Positions 8,585 through 18,945 of a stretch of DNA of 44,597 nucleotides are shown here, piece after piece (the first letter of the stretch is position 1; every line of letters begins with the position of its first letter). The translations under genes and the position numbers were made by a program. The stretch is taken from contig DATMTK010000049.1 of assembly GCA_035564755.1 (NCBI GenBank), positions 1 through 44,597 of the forward strand. The letters run 5' to 3'. Source of the stretch: Devosia sp. Lineage in GTDB: Bacteria > Pseudomonadota > Alphaproteobacteria > Rhizobiales > Devosiaceae. The notes beneath the pieces are model-generated. The model searched no databases, had not been told where the DNA came from, and saw only the letters and a program-made list of their open reading frames with translations.

Positions 8585-11254
8585 ATGACCATCCGCAACC
8601 TCGAAGCAACTCTAGCGCCAAAATCGGTGACGCTGGTCGGGGCGACAGCGCGCGTCGGCGCCGTCGGACGGGTCGTTCTCGAGAATGTTCGCGCGGGCTT
8701 CGCCGGATCGATCTATCCGGTCAACCCAAAGTATGACGAGCTCTTCGGCCTCAAGTGCTATCGCTCGATCGCCCAGTTGCCCGAGGCTCCCGATCTCGCC
8801 ATCGTCATGACTCCGGCCGCCACCTTGCCGAAGGTAATCGCTGACCTTGGCGCGAAAGGCACCAAGGTCGCAGTCGTCCTGTCGGCCGGCGTCGCCGGCG
8901 AGCTCAAGCAGGCGGTGCTGGATGCCGCCCGCCCGTATCTTCTCCGGGTCATCGGCCCGAACACCATCGGCCTGCTTGCTCCGCATGTCAGCCTCAATGC
9001 GAGCTTTGTGCACCTGCCCCCGATCCCTGGTCGGCTCGGTCTCATCTCGCAGTCGGGCGCCATGGTTTCGTCCATCGTCGACTGGGCGGCGTCCGAGGGC
9101 ATCGGCTTCTCCCACATCTATTCGCTCGGCGACATGGCCGATGTGGACGTCGGCGATTGTCTCAACGTACTCGCGGCCGACACGCAGACCTCGGCCATCC
9201 TGATGTACCTGGAGACGATTCCGGCCCCGCGCAAATTCATGTCGGCGGCGCGCGCCGCGGCGCGTACGAAGCCGGTGATCGCCGTCAAGCCGGGGCGCCA
9301 CGTCGAGGCCGCCAAGGCGGCCGCGACACACACGGGCGCTCTTGCCGGCGCCGATAGGGTGGTCGAAGCCGCGCTTCGGCGGGCGGGGATTATCCGGGTC
9401 GAGGATCTGGCCGATCTGTTCGACGCTGCCGAAATCACCGGGCGTTATCGGCCGATGCAGCGAGCTCGGGTCGCGATCGTCACCAATGGCGGCGGCGCGG
9501 GCGTACTCGCGGTCGACAAGCTCATCGATGAACACGTCTCGCTCGCGACGCTCACGCCGGAAACAATGGCGGCACTTGACAGCGCCCTGCCCTCGACCTG
9601 GTCCCATGCCAATCCGATCGACATCATCGGCGATGCGCCGCCGGAGCGCTATCGGACGGCGGTTCGGGCGGCCGCGCTCGACCCTAATGTCGATGCGCTG
9701 CTGGTGATGAACTGCCCCACCGCGCTCGCTGATCCCTCTGCGGCGGCGGCGGCCGTCGCTGCCGAGGCCAGCCACGGCACGATCAACGGAAAACCTGTCC
9801 TCGCCTGCTGGCTCGGGCGCAAGACGGCGGAACCTGCCGCCGATCTGCTGCGTGCCGCCGGTATCGGCGTGTTCCGGGCGCCGGCTGAGGCAGCTCAAGC
9901 GGTCTCACTGCTCACGCGCTGGTCGCTGTTGCGCGAAGAGATGCAGCGTGTGCCGCCGGAACACGGCGCCCTGTCTGTCGACAAGGATGCAGTAGAAATC
10001 TTGCTTCATGAGATCGCGACCGAGGGACGCTTGCTTCTGACCGAAGATGAAGCCAAGCAGGTCCTCGCAGCCTATGGCGTTCCTGTCCCCGAGACGATCT
10101 TTGCCGCCGATCCCGGCGCCGTCGAAACGGCGGCGGCGAAGCTGCTGGGCTCGTCAGATGCAGTGGTCGTCAAAGTCCGCTCCAAGCAGATCTCGCACAA
10201 GTCGGACATCGGCGGCGTCAGGCTGAACCTCAGGAGCGCGACCGAAGCGCGCGACGCTGCCGCAGCGATCACCTCGAGACTGCGCTCGAGCACCGTGCCG
10301 CTCTCCTTCGAGGGTTTCACGGTGCAGCCGATGATCCGACGTCAGAACGCCACAGAGTTGCTCGTGGGGATGTCGACCGACCCCCAGTTCGGCCCGGTCG
10401 CTGTATTCGGAGCCGGCGGCACTTCCGTCGAAGTGGTCGCCGATACCGCAACCGGGTTGGTTCCGCTCGACGACGTCCTGGCTGGTGATCTCATCGACAA
10501 GACCCGCATCGCGCGCGTTCTCGCCGGCTATCGCGACCAGCCGGCGGCCAACCGGAACGCCATTGTTGCGTCTTTGATGGCGGTCTCCCAGCTCGCGATC
10601 GACTTTCCGATGATTCAATCCATCGATATCAATCCTCTCCTCGCCGATGCCGACGGCGTGGTCGCGCTCGATGCGCGCATCGCCATCGATCCGGCAAAAG
10701 CCGCCCTTCCGGCGCCGAATCCGGCGCTCGCCATCCGGCCATATCCGGCAGAGGAGTTCCGCATCGTCCGCCTGCTGAATGACAAGGTGTTGCTGCGGCC
10801 GATCAAGCCATCGGATGCCGAACTCTATCCCGGCTTTCTGTCGAAGATGGACCCGGAGGACATGCGGCTGCGCTTCCTGGTGCCAATGCGGACCTTGTCG
10901 CATGAGACGTTGGTCCAACTGACGCAGCTCGACTATGATCGCGACATCGCCTTCATGGCGCTGGGCAACAACGGAACCGAGCTCCTGGGGATGGTTCGCT
11001 ACTCCTCCGATCCTGACGGCATCAGGGCGGAATTCGGTGCTCTGGTCCGCAGCGACCTTAAGGGGCACGGCCTCGGGCGGGCGATGATGGAAATGCTGAT
11101 CGACTATGCGGGGCGGCAGGGTCTGCACGAGCTGTTCGGGCGGGTCCTGCGCGAAAACACAAGCATGCTCGCGCTCTGCCACGAACTGGGCTTTGTCGAG
11201 GCCGCCGACGACGAACTCCGCCTGCTGAAGGTTACGCTGCCGCTCCAAACCTGA
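8585..11254 (+). CDS. Bifunctional acetate-CoA ligase family / GNAT acetyltransferase (Pat/PatZ type)
   Basis: CoA-binding N-terminus (YPVNPK, GPNTIG), SQSG, THTGALAG, ATP-grasp HKSDIGGV and DINPL, C-terminal GNAT (KGHGLG). Confidence 0.93.
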   Translation: MTIRNLEATLAPKSVTLVGATARVGAVGRVVLENVRAGFAGSIYPVNPKYDELFGLKCYRSIAQLPEAPDLAIVMTPAATLPKVIADLGAKGTKVAVVLSAGVAGELKQAVLDAARPYLLRVIGPNTIGLLAPHVSLNASFVHLPPIPGRLGLISQSGAMVSSIVDWAASEGIGFSHIYSLGDMADVDVGDCLNVLAADTQTSAILMYLETIPAPRKFMSAARAAARTKPVIAVKPGRHVEAAKAAATHTGALAGADRVVEAALRRAGIIRVEDLADLFDAAEITGRYRPMQRARVAIVTNGGGAGVLAVDKLIDEHVSLATLTPETMAALDSALPSTWSHANPIDIIGDAPPERYRTAVRAAALDPNVDALLVMNCPTALADPSAAAAAVAAEASHGTINGKPVLACWLGRKTAEPAADLLRAAGIGVFRAPAEAAQAVSLLTRWSLLREEMQRVPPEHGALSVDKDAVEILLHEIATEGRLLLTEDEAKQVLAAYGVPVPETIFAADPGAVETAAAKLLGSSDAVVVKVRSKQISHKSDIGGVRLNLRSATEARDAAAAITSRLRSSTVPLSFEGFTVQPMIRRQNATELLVGMSTDPQFGPVAVFGAGGTSVEVVADTATGLVPLDDVLAGDLIDKTRIARVLAGYRDQPAANRNAIVASLMAVSQLAIDFPMIQSIDINPLLADADGVVALDARIAIDPAKAALPAPNPALAIRPYPAEEFRIVRLLNDKVLLRPIKPSDAELYPGFLSKMDPEDMRLRFLVPMRTLSHETLVQLTQLDYDRDIAFMALGNNGTELLGMVRYSSDPDGIRAEFGALVRSDLKGHGLGRAMMEMLIDYAGRQGLHELFGRVLRENTSMLALCHELGFVEAADDELRLLKVTLPLQT

Positions 11255-13796
11255 CCGACGGCCCCAGCAGACTGATCCGCCGCTTCACCAGCTCCGACGC
11301 CGCCACATAGGCAACGACGATCGCTCCTGTCGTCTCGAGCAACGGGAACGGCAGAGGCACGAATCCCATGATCGAGTTGACAATCGGGACAAACGGCAGG
11401 GCCACGGCCACCGCCGCGACCGCCAAGGCCACCCCAATGAGCAGCCGCGATGGCAGGCTCTCGAAGAATGGCTTGCGCGTCCGCATCACGGCAATCACCG
11501 CGAGTTGGGTCAGCAGTGACTCCATGAACCAGGCCGTCTGGAACAGGCTCGCGGATGCATGGAATACTTGTAGCAGCACCAGGAATGTGATGCCGTCAAA
11601 AACCGAACTGACCAGGCCGAAGCCGAGCATCGAACGGATGAGCGCGCGAAAATCCCACTGGCGTGGACGCGCAAGCAGCTCAGCATCGATACGGTCGGTC
11701 GAGATTGCCAGCATCGGCAGGTCCGCCAATAGGTTGTTGAGCAGCACCTGGGTCGCCAGCATCGGCAGGAACGGCAGCAGGATTGACGCGGCGGCCATCG
11801 AAATCATGTTGCCGAAATTCGAACTGATGGTGATCCCGATATACTTGATCGTGTTCCCGAATGCCGTCCGCCCGGCAATGATGCCGTCGAGCAGAACCTC
11901 GAGATCCTGCTTGAGTAGGATGACGTCCGCGGCGGCCCGTGCCGCGTCGACCGCGTTGTCCACCGAGATGCCGATGTCGGCCGCACGCAGCGACGGGGCG
12001 TCGTTGATGCCATCGCCCATGTAGCCGACCGTATGCGTCGCCTTGAGGGCAGAGACGATCCGCTCTTTCTGGCTTGGCGTGACTTCCGCAAATACGTTGA
12101 CGTCGGCGATCCTGCGGGCGAAGGCGCTGTCCGCTAACCCGACGAGGTCTGCGCCGACCAAGATCTTCGGCGTCAGGCCAACCGCGCTGGCGACATGTGC
12201 AGCAACGTAGCGGTTGTCGCCGCTGATGATCCTGAGCTCGATGCCATTGCGGTCAAGGTCACCGACGATCTGGGCAATACCCGGCTTCAGCGGGTCGGAG
12301 AACAGGAGATAGCCGACGAGGCAAAGATCTGACTCGTCGGCCGGACCGCATTTTTGTCCACTGGCTACGATCTTGTTGGCCAACGCGATGACGCGCCGGC
12401 CATCCTGTCCCCAGGCGGCAATCTTGTGCCCCTCAGCTGCTCGCCTGGCCTCAGTGAGGGGCCCGACCAATCCGCCACTTGCGATCGTCTCGCACACGCT
12501 CAGGACCGAGTCCGTGGCTCCCTTGCACGCAAGAACTTGATCGGCACCGTGGCTGAGCACAACTGAGAGCCGCTTGCGATCGAAGTCATAGGGCACCTCT
12601 CCGCGTTTGCTGTAACTGCTGCAGTCCACCTCGGCCTTGCGGCCGAGAATAGCCGTGTCGAGGGCATTCGGCAGCGCCGTCTGCATCGACGAGTTGAGGA
12701 CCGCCCAGCGCAAGACCTCACTCGAGTCGTTTCCATCCACGTCGATGGCACGTTCAAGGCAGACGTCGCCCACAGTCAGTGTGCCGGTCTTGTCGGTGCA
12801 GATCAGATCCATTGTCCCTAGATTCTCGATCGAGACCAGACGGCGTACGAGGACACCTTTCTCGATCAAACGCTTGGCCCCCTGTGACAGGGTAACCGTC
12901 ACGATCGCCGGCAGCAGCTCAGGCGTGATCCCCACCGCCAGCGCCGCAGCAAACAGAAGCGAGTCGAGCACAGGCCGCCCGAGAAGCACGTTGGCGATCA
13001 GCACCAGCGTCACCAGAACGAACATGATCTGCGTCATCAGCAGACCAAACCGCCGCAGGCCACGGGCGAAGCTGGTCTCCGGTTCTGTCGCCGCCAGGGA
13101 ATTGGCAAGGCCTCCGAATTCGGTCCGGGAACCAGTTTCGGTGACCAGGACGGTTGCCTCGCCGCTCCGCACCGACGTGCCCATGTGAATCCGATTGTCA
13201 GCCCTGAGCGGATCGCTGGGCTGGGCGGCGGTCTTGCTCGCCGGAAATGACTCTCCCGTCAGCACTGCTTCGTCGACCTGGAGCGCACTGGCCTCGAGCA
13301 CGATCGCATCGGCCGGAATCAGGCTCCCCGCCCGCAGTTCGAGAATATCTCCCGGCACGATGTCGGGCGTCTGCACCTCGGCCCTGTGCCCATCGCGGTG
13401 CACCAGCACGCTGACCGCAATTCTTCGCCGCAGCTCGGCGACAGCCTTGCTGGCCCGATATTCCTGCGAAAAGCCGAGACCCGTGCTGGCGACAATAATC
13501 GTGGTCACGATTATCGCCTCGTCCACCTCGCCCAGGGCGAAGGATAGAATCGCCGCGCCCAGGAGGATCAGCACCATCGGTGAGCGAAACTGTCGGAACA
13601 GCACCCCCAGAGGGTGATTGCCATCATCCTCGCGGAGGCGGTTGGGCCCATATTGCACGCGCCGGGCGGCGGCCTCGTCGCCGGTAAGTCCGTTGGCCGA
13701 TGCCTGGAGGCGGCCCAGAGCGGCCGCGAGTGTTGGGTCAGGCGGAGCCGGCTCGGGGAGCCGCGCTCCGCCATGATCGAGGCCCTGATACGGCAC
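11232..13796 (-). CDS. mgtA: Magnesium-translocating P-type ATPase
   Basis: LTGESFP, AVGITPELLP, DKTGTLT, GDGINDAP, SSNFGNM, WFMESLLTQ. Confidence 0.9.
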   Translation of the reverse strand: MPYQGLDHGGARLPEPAPPDPTLAAALGRLQASANGLTGDEAAARRVQYGPNRLREDDGNHPLGVLFRQFRSPMVLILLGAAILSFALGEVDEAIIVTTIIVASTGLGFSQEYRASKAVAELRRRIAVSVLVHRDGHRAEVQTPDIVPGDILELRAGSLIPADAIVLEASALQVDEAVLTGESFPASKTAAQPSDPLRADNRIHMGTSVRSGEATVLVTETGSRTEFGGLANSLAATEPETSFARGLRRFGLLMTQIMFVLVTLVLIANVLLGRPVLDSLLFAAALAVGITPELLPAIVTVTLSQGAKRLIEKGVLVRRLVSIENLGTMDLICTDKTGTLTVGDVCLERAIDVDGNDSSEVLRWAVLNSSMQTALPNALDTAILGRKAEVDCSSYSKRGEVPYDFDRKRLSVVLSHGADQVLACKGATDSVLSVCETIASGGLVGPLTEARRAAEGHKIAAWGQDGRRVIALANKIVASGQKCGPADESDLCLVGYLLFSDPLKPGIAQIVGDLDRNGIELRIISGDNRYVAAHVASAVGLTPKILVGADLVGLADSAFARRIADVNVFAEVTPSQKERIVSALKATHTVGYMGDGINDAPSLRAADIGISVDNAVDAARAAADVILLKQDLEVLLDGIIAGRTAFGNTIKYIGITISSNFGNMISMAAASILLPFLPMLATQVLLNNLLADLPMLAISTDRIDAELLARPRQWDFRALIRSMLGFGLVSSVFDGITFLVLLQVFHASASLFQTAWFMESLLTQLAVIAVMRTRKPFFESLPSRLLIGVALAVAAVAVALPFVPIVNSIMGFVPLPFPLLETTGAIVVAYVAASELVKRRISLLGPSVRFGAAA

Positions 13797-13805
13797 TGCT
13801 GGCGC

Positions 13806-14624
13806 CTAGTTCGAGATGAACCGGTTCAGCGAGTTGTTCCGCAAGATACGGCGGGTCATGCCCCCGAACAACCATTCGCGCATCCGGCTGTGACCATAGC
13901 CGCCGATGACCAGGAGGTCGGCATTCCACGACAGCGCCGTGCTTTCGAGGACATCGACGAACCCTTCAGGGTTGGTGATCACTTCGCACGAAGCGGCGAT
14001 GTCGTGCTTGCGCAACCAGGCAATTAACGCGTCCAGCGAGTCCTTCTCGGCGGCATAGTCTCCCTCGTCGATCGTGACCGCGCGAATCTCCTTCGCGCGC
14101 TTCAGTAGAGGCAGCGCATCTGCCACGGCATGCCGGGCCTCACGCGTGTCTTTCCAGCCGATGCAAACCTTGTCCAGTCGGGCCTTCGTGGCGTCATGGG
14201 ACACATCGATCACCGGCCGGCCCGATGCGACCACGAGCTCGCCCAGATTGGTGGATTGTACCTCCTGGAATGTGGTTGTCGTCTTGGACGCCGTGACGAT
14301 CAGATCGGCGGTGGCCGCCGCATCGATCAGGGCAGCTGTCGGAGTGGTTACGTAGGCCAGCCATTGCGACTTGATGCTGGCCGGAACGAGCTTGCGAAAC
14401 GCCTCTTCCGCCCGCTTCAACTGCGTTTCGACCTCAGTCTGCTCCATGGCATAGAGATCGACCGCGACGCCGCCGTCCATGCCCGCGAACGTCAGATCCG
14501 GCTGGTCGGCCGCAAGGCCGATCAGCTCGGCGCTGGTGGTTTTCGCCAGATCGATTGCATAGCGAAGCGCCGCCGAATCGGGCGTGGTTACATCGACACT
14601 CACAATTATCGAGCGAAGTTCCAT
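13806..14624 (-). CDS. Universal stress protein (tandem USP)
   Basis: Start moved to ATG 14624 (GGAG RBS); WKDTREARHAVADALPLL, GGYGHSRMREWLFGGMTR. Confidence 0.92.
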   Translation of the reverse strand: MELRSIIVSVDVTTPDSAALRYAIDLAKTTSAELIGLAADQPDLTFAGMDGGVAVDLYAMEQTEVETQLKRAEEAFRKLVPASIKSQWLAYVTTPTAALIDAAATADLIVTASKTTTTFQEVQSTNLGELVVASGRPVIDVSHDATKARLDKVCIGWKDTREARHAVADALPLLKRAKEIRAVTIDEGDYAAEKDSLDALIAWLRKHDIAASCEVITNPEGFVDVLESTALSWNADLLVIGGYGHSRMREWLFGGMTRRILRNNSLNRFISN

Positions 14625-14688
14625 TTCAGTCTCCATCGACCCCGGGATGGTGTCTGTCGGAGTTAGCGCTTTCGCGGACTCGCGCCCA

Positions 14689-14702
14689 TTGACGCACGTC
14701 AA
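14689..14702. promoter_or_regulatory. FixK/Fnr box in divergent usp / hsp20 promoter
   Basis: TTGAC-GCAC-GTCAA roughly midway between starts 14624(-) and 14762(+). Confidence 0.88.
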
Positions 14703-14761
14703 ACAGCGGCCCGACCGATTGGCGTCTGCTTGGCCATCACGAGACCTGCAAGGAGCTCAAC

Positions 14762-15226
14762 ATGGCCTACGACCCGATGGCGCCGATGCCGCGCCCGGCA
14801 TCGCTCAACACATTGCACCGTCAGCTCGACCAGATCTTCTCGGACATGCGGCGGGTCGGCTTCACGCCGATGTCCCTGGACGAAGCGCAATATGACTTCC
14901 GCCCGAACGCCGAAGTTCACGAAGCAGAAGGCACCACGACCATTCGAGTGGAACTGCCTGGCGTGAACCTCGACGATATCACCATTGAGGTTACGGACAA
15001 CGCTCTCGAAATCTCTGGCCACAAGGGGATGCAGTCGGCGATTGTTGATGGTGATCGCTACCGGACCGAGCGAAGCTTCGGCAGCTTCCGGCGGGCCTTT
15101 GTGCTGCCCTTCCCGATCGATGCCGATGCGGTCGATGCCGCATTCGACAAGGGTGTCCTGACGATCGAGATCCCGACCCCGGATGAGACCGACGCTGGCA
15201 CAAAGACCATCGCAATTACATCGTGA
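14762..15226 (+). CDS. Hsp20/alpha-crystallin small heat shock protein
   Basis: VELPGV, ERSFGSFRRAFVLP, AAFDKGVLTIEIP; AAGGAG RBS. Confidence 0.95.
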   Translation: MAYDPMAPMPRPASLNTLHRQLDQIFSDMRRVGFTPMSLDEAQYDFRPNAEVHEAEGTTTIRVELPGVNLDDITIEVTDNALEISGHKGMQSAIVDGDRYRTERSFGSFRRAFVLPFPIDADAVDAAFDKGVLTIEIPTPDETDAGTKTIAITS

Positions 15227-15258
15227 GCGCGATAGGCTCCCAAACCTGAGGAGCGGTC

Positions 15259-16242
15259 GTGCGTGCTATGCGTCTTCATGAGCCGGGGCAGCCGCTTCGG
15301 CTCGAAACGATCGACAGGCCGAAGGCCCGTCCCGGTGAGGTCGTGCTGAGGGTCTTGGCTTGTGGCGTCTGCCGCACCGACCTTCACATCGTTGACGGCG
15401 AACTCGCTCCGCACCGGAATCCGGTGGTGCCCGGCCACGAGGTTGTCGGCGAAATCGTCGAACTGGGCACAGGCGTCGGCGACCTCCAGATCGGCCAGCG
15501 TGTAGGCATTCCCTGGCTCGGTCAGGCCTGCGGCCATTGTCCCTATTGCGTCGCCGGCCATGAGAACCTCTGTGACACCCCGATTTTCACTGGCTACGAC
15601 CGCGATGGCGGTTATGCCGAGTTCGCGGTGGCCAACGCGACCTTTTGCCTGCCGCTCCCGGATGGCTATGGCGATGCTGAAATTGCGCCGCTGCTCTGCG
15701 CCGGCCTGATCGGCTTCCGCTCCTATCGCGCGGCGGGCAATGGGCATGCGCTCGGGCTCATCGGGTTCGGCGCGGCGGCGCACATCATCTGCCAGATCGC
15801 GCTGGAAGATGGCCGCCGCGTCTTTGCCTTCACCCGTCCGGGCGATACGGACACTCAGACCTTCGCGCGCGGCCTTGGCTGCCAGTGGGCAGGCGGAACA
15901 GACAAGCCGCCTCCCGAGCTGCTCGATGCCGTGATCATCTTCGCGCCGGACGGCGCCCTCGTGCCACAGGCGCTAAAGATGTTGCGAAAGGGTGGGCGGG
16001 TGGTCTGCGCCGGCATTCACATGAGCGACATTCCATCATTCCCCTATGCCGATCTGTGGGGGGAGCGCGAAATCGTTTCCGTGGCGAACCTGACCAGGCA
16101 GGATGGGCGGGATTTTCTCGAGCGTGCAGCGAGGCAACACCTGAATACGACGATCACGCCCTACCCGTTGGCCGAGGCGAACGCGGCGCTCGCCGACCTG
16201 CGGGACGGACGTCTGCACGGTGCGGCAGTGCTCGTCCCGTAG
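15259..16242 (+). CDS. Zinc-dependent alcohol dehydrogenase (AdhP-like)
   Basis: GVCRTDLH, GHEVVG, structural-Zn CGHCPYC...C, LLCAGLIG; GAGGAG RBS before GTG. Confidence 0.93.
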   Translation: MRAMRLHEPGQPLRLETIDRPKARPGEVVLRVLACGVCRTDLHIVDGELAPHRNPVVPGHEVVGEIVELGTGVGDLQIGQRVGIPWLGQACGHCPYCVAGHENLCDTPIFTGYDRDGGYAEFAVANATFCLPLPDGYGDAEIAPLLCAGLIGFRSYRAAGNGHALGLIGFGAAAHIICQIALEDGRRVFAFTRPGDTDTQTFARGLGCQWAGGTDKPPPELLDAVIIFAPDGALVPQALKMLRKGGRVVCAGIHMSDIPSFPYADLWGEREIVSVANLTRQDGRDFLERAARQHLNTTITPYPLAEANAALADLRDGRLHGAAVLVP

Positions 16243-16247
16243 CTCGA

Positions 16248-16261
16248 TTGACCGCGATCAA
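16248..16261 (+). promoter_or_regulatory. FixK/Fnr box
   Basis: TTGAC-CGCG-ATCAA; -10-like TAGTTT at 16283-16288 (21 nt gap). Confidence 0.85.
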
Positions 16262-16314
16262 GGCCGCCGGCCCGTGCGCAAGTAGTTTCCGGAGCAGTTG
16301 TACTGGAGGCCCGG

Positions 16315-16476
16315 ATGGACCGCGAACGCATTCAGATTACCCAGCATACCTCGCTCGGCGCCTTGTGGTTTGCCGGTTGGCTCTTCAGCATCGGCTACCT
16401 GCAGCTCGACTTCTGGCGCGGCCTGTTGGGACTTATAGTCTGGCCGTATTTCCTCGGTGTCCATTTCGGGCATTGA
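16315..16476 (+). CDS. 53-aa small membrane protein (absent from ORF track)
   Basis: GGAGG RBS 16305-16309; MDRERIQITQHTSLGALWFAGWLFSIGYLQLDFWRGLLGLIVWPYFLGVHFGH; two hydrophobic, Trp/Gly-rich segments; own FixK box. Confidence 0.8.
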   Translation: MDRERIQITQHTSLGALWFAGWLFSIGYLQLDFWRGLLGLIVWPYFLGVHFGH

Positions 16477-16701
16477 GCCCGATGCGGCTGGCGAAGTTCT
16501 TTGGCCCGACGGCGGGCGTGCTTGCACCGCCAAGCTGTGGCGCCGCCGTGATCGCCGGTGCAGCCTCATTCGCCGGATGCAGTCACCCGCACGATCCGAT
16601 CAGCGCATTGACGCAAAGCGGGCGGACAGGCGTGATGGCCATCAACCTCTGGATCTTCGTTGCGGCCGTCGACGGTTGGCCTCGGCCCCGGCCTTGGTCG
16701 C

Positions 16702-16730
16702 TTGCCGGCCGCTGCCGCCACACCTACAAT
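16702..16730 (+). promoter_or_regulatory. Sigma70-type promoter for fixL
   Basis: TTGCCG (16702-16707) - 17 nt - TACAAT (16725-16730), 30 nt before the fixL ATG. Confidence 0.6.
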
Positions 16731-16760
16731 CCGGCCCAGTAACTCGAAGATCATCGAGCA

Positions 16761-18233
16761 ATGAATCCAGCAACGCTGCTTCGCCGGCCTTGGACCGCTT
16801 ATGTGGCGGGATTTGTGCTGGTGTGCATCATCACGCTCCTGCGATACCTCATCCGCGATCTGCTGCCCAGTTCTGCGGTCGGATTGCTGTTCACACCGGC
16901 TATCCTTGTGGCGGCGATGCTCGGCGGCTTGATTCCGGGACTTTTCGCCACCGCAGTGGGGGCGCCCGCCGTCTACTACTTCGTCGTCGCCAGAACCGAC
17001 CCGCTCGGCACGGCCGCCTTCAACGTCGTTCTCTTTCTGGTGGTCGGCGCGACTGTCGCCTGGCTCGGCGACCTTTGGCATCGTGCGCGTACCGATTGGG
17101 CAGAAGCACGGGCGGCGCTCCTGAGCCGGGAAGCACACCTCGAGTCCGTGCTCGATACGATCCCCGATGCGACAATCGTGATCGACTCCCGCGGGATCAT
17201 AACGTCCTTCAATCGGGCGGCGGTACGTCAGTTCGGGTACCAGCCCGAGGAGGCCATCGGCAAGAATGTCAAGATGCTGATGCCGACGCCCTACCGTGAG
17301 CAGCACGATGGCTATCTCGCCCGTTACCTAACGACCGGCGAGAAGCGCATTATCGGCATCGACCGCGTCGTCGTCGGTCGTCGCAAGGACGGCTCGACAT
17401 TTCCTATGACGCTTGCTGTCGGCGAAACCCGTACGGATGACAAGGTCTCGTTCACGGGGTTCGTCCGCGACCTCACCGAGCGGCAGGAGAGCGCTGCCCG
17501 CCTCGAGGAAGCGCAAGGCGAGCTTGCGCGTCTCGCCCGGCTCAACGAGCTCGGAGAAATGGCATCCACACTTGCCCATGAGCTCAATCAACCTCTCTCC
17601 GCCATCGCCAACTACGTCCAGGGATGCATTAAACTGCTCGCCCAGGTGCCGGAGCACCCGGCCGACCTGATGCGCAGCGCCCTGCAGGAGACAGCGAAGC
17701 AATCACTGCGCGCGGGCGACATCATCCGGCATCTGAGGGAGTTCACGACTCGGGGAGCGACCGACAAGACGCCCGAAGACGTCAAGAAGCTCATCGAGGA
17801 GGCCGGCGCCCTCGCGCTTGTCGGGTCGCGCGAGCACGGCGTTCGAACGGAGTTCGACTTCGACCCGGTGGACAGCAACGTGCTGGCGGACCGAGTGCAG
17901 ATCCAACAAGTTCTTATCAATTTGATGCGCAACGCCGTCGAGGCGATGCAGAGCGCCGAGACACGCGAGCTGCTCGTCCGCACGCGGCACGTTCCGGACC
18001 ATGCGATCTCGGTTGAGGTTTCCGACACCGGGGCCGGAATTTCTGATGAAGTCGCGAGCCGTCTGTTCCAGCCCTTCGTGACGACCAAAGCCGGCGGGAT
18101 GGGCATCGGTTTATCAATTTCCCGTCGCATCATTCAGTCGCATGGTAGCGATTTGGTATACCGGCGAAATGAACGTGGCGGCGCCACGTTCAGCTTCAGC
18201 CTGCCAATCGCCGAGGAGATTTCCAATGGCTAA
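16761..18233 (+). CDS. fixL: Oxygen-sensing haem-PAS histidine kinase
   Basis: N-terminal TM region, haem-PAS motif [25 protein letters not shown]-box [10 protein letters not shown] boxes. Confidence 0.95.
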   Translation: MNPATLLRRPWTAYVAGFVLVCIITLLRYLIRDLLPSSAVGLLFTPAILVAAMLGGLIPGLFATAVGAPAVYYFVVARTDPLGTAAFNVVLFLVVGATVAWLGDLWHRARTDWAEARAALLSREAHLESVLDTIPDATIVIDSRGIITSFNRAAVRQFGYQPEEAIGKNVKMLMPTPYREQHDGYLARYLTTGEKRIIGIDRVVVGRRKDGSTFPMTLAVGETRTDDKVSFTGFVRDLTERQESAARLEEAQGELARLARLNELGEMASTLAHELNQPLSAIANYVQGCIKLLAQVPEHPADLMRSALQETAKQSLRAGDIIRHLREFTTRGATDKTPEDVKKLIEEAGALALVGSREHGVRTEFDFDPVDSNVLADRVQIQQVLINLMRNAVEAMQSAETRELLVRTRHVPDHAISVEVSDTGAGISDEVASRLFQPFVTTKAGGMGIGLSISRRIIQSHGSDLVYRRNERGGATFSFSLPIAEEISNG

Positions 18234-18861
18234 TGCAGACATCGTCGTGCACGTCGTTGACGACGAAGAGCCAGTGCGCACCTCGCTGGCCTTCCTGCTT
18301 GGGGCGAACGGATACGCGGTGCGAACTCATGCCTCGGCGGCGGCGTTTCTCAAGATCGCGTCCACGATCAAGAACGGCTGTCTGATCACTGACCTGCGCA
18401 TGCCCGACATCGACGGCGTCGAACTGCTGCGACGCCTTGGAGTAGCCGGAGAAATGCTTCCCGCGATCGTCGTTACGGGTCATGGCGACGTGCAGATGGC
18501 CGTCGAGGCCATGAAGAATGGTGCGATGGACTTCATCGAAAAGCCCTTCAGCGACGATGTGCTGCTCGACTCCATCCGCCATGCGGTCGAGCGCGTCGCG
18601 ACAGCCGCGGAAAACGAGGACTCCCAGAGGCGCACGCGGGAACGGCTGGCGACCCTCAGCGAGCGCGAGCTCCAGGTGCTCAAGGGCGTTGTGCAGGGCC
18701 AGCCAAACAAGGTCATCGCCTATGAGCTCGGCCTGAGCCCGCGGACGGTGGAAGTCTACCGCTCGGGCCTGATGAGCAAGATGCAGGTCAAGAGCCTTGC
18801 GGACCTGGTCCGTATGATCATCGGCATCGATCTGGATGGTCTCGCCGGGCCAACTGCTTAA
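18226..18861 (+). CDS. fixJ: Response regulator FixJ
   Basis: ATG 18226 with GAGGAG RBS; VHVVDDE, TDLRMP, IEKPF, Lux[23 protein letters not shown]. Confidence 0.95.
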   Translation: MANADIVVHVVDDEEPVRTSLAFLLGANGYAVRTHASAAAFLKIASTIKNGCLITDLRMPDIDGVELLRRLGVAGEMLPAIVVTGHGDVQMAVEAMKNGAMDFIEKPFSDDVLLDSIRHAVERVATAAENEDSQRRTRERLATLSERELQVLKGVVQGQPNKVIAYELGLSPRTVEVYRSGLMSKMQVKSLADLVRMIIGIDLDGLAGPTA

Positions 18862-18864
18862 GGC

Positions 18865-18878
18865 TTGATTTGGCGCAA
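18865..18878 (+). promoter_or_regulatory. FixK/Fnr box (variant right half)
   Basis: TTGAT-TTGG-CGCAA immediately after the fixJ stop, upstream of the receiver-only gene. Confidence 0.6.
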
Positions 18879-18945
18879 GGCACCGCGGTGGAAGAATGCG
18901 CTATTGCTGCTGGACGCTCACTTGAAGGCGCTCTCCCCGGATCCC

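Noticed and set aside
8612-11248. Long antisense ORFs (also opposite groEL, cydB, the sugar-binding gene and others)
   Set aside because: Shadow ORFs expected opposite real genes in high-GC DNA; no motifs.
11232-11254. 23-nt convergent overlap of pat and mgtA 3' ends
   Set aside because: Short tail-to-tail overlaps are common; no further signal.
16632-16645. GTGAT-GGCC-ATCAA near-match upstream of fixL
   Set aside because: Mismatch in the first T, no matching -10 or gene at class II spacing; fixL has its own sigma70-like promoter.
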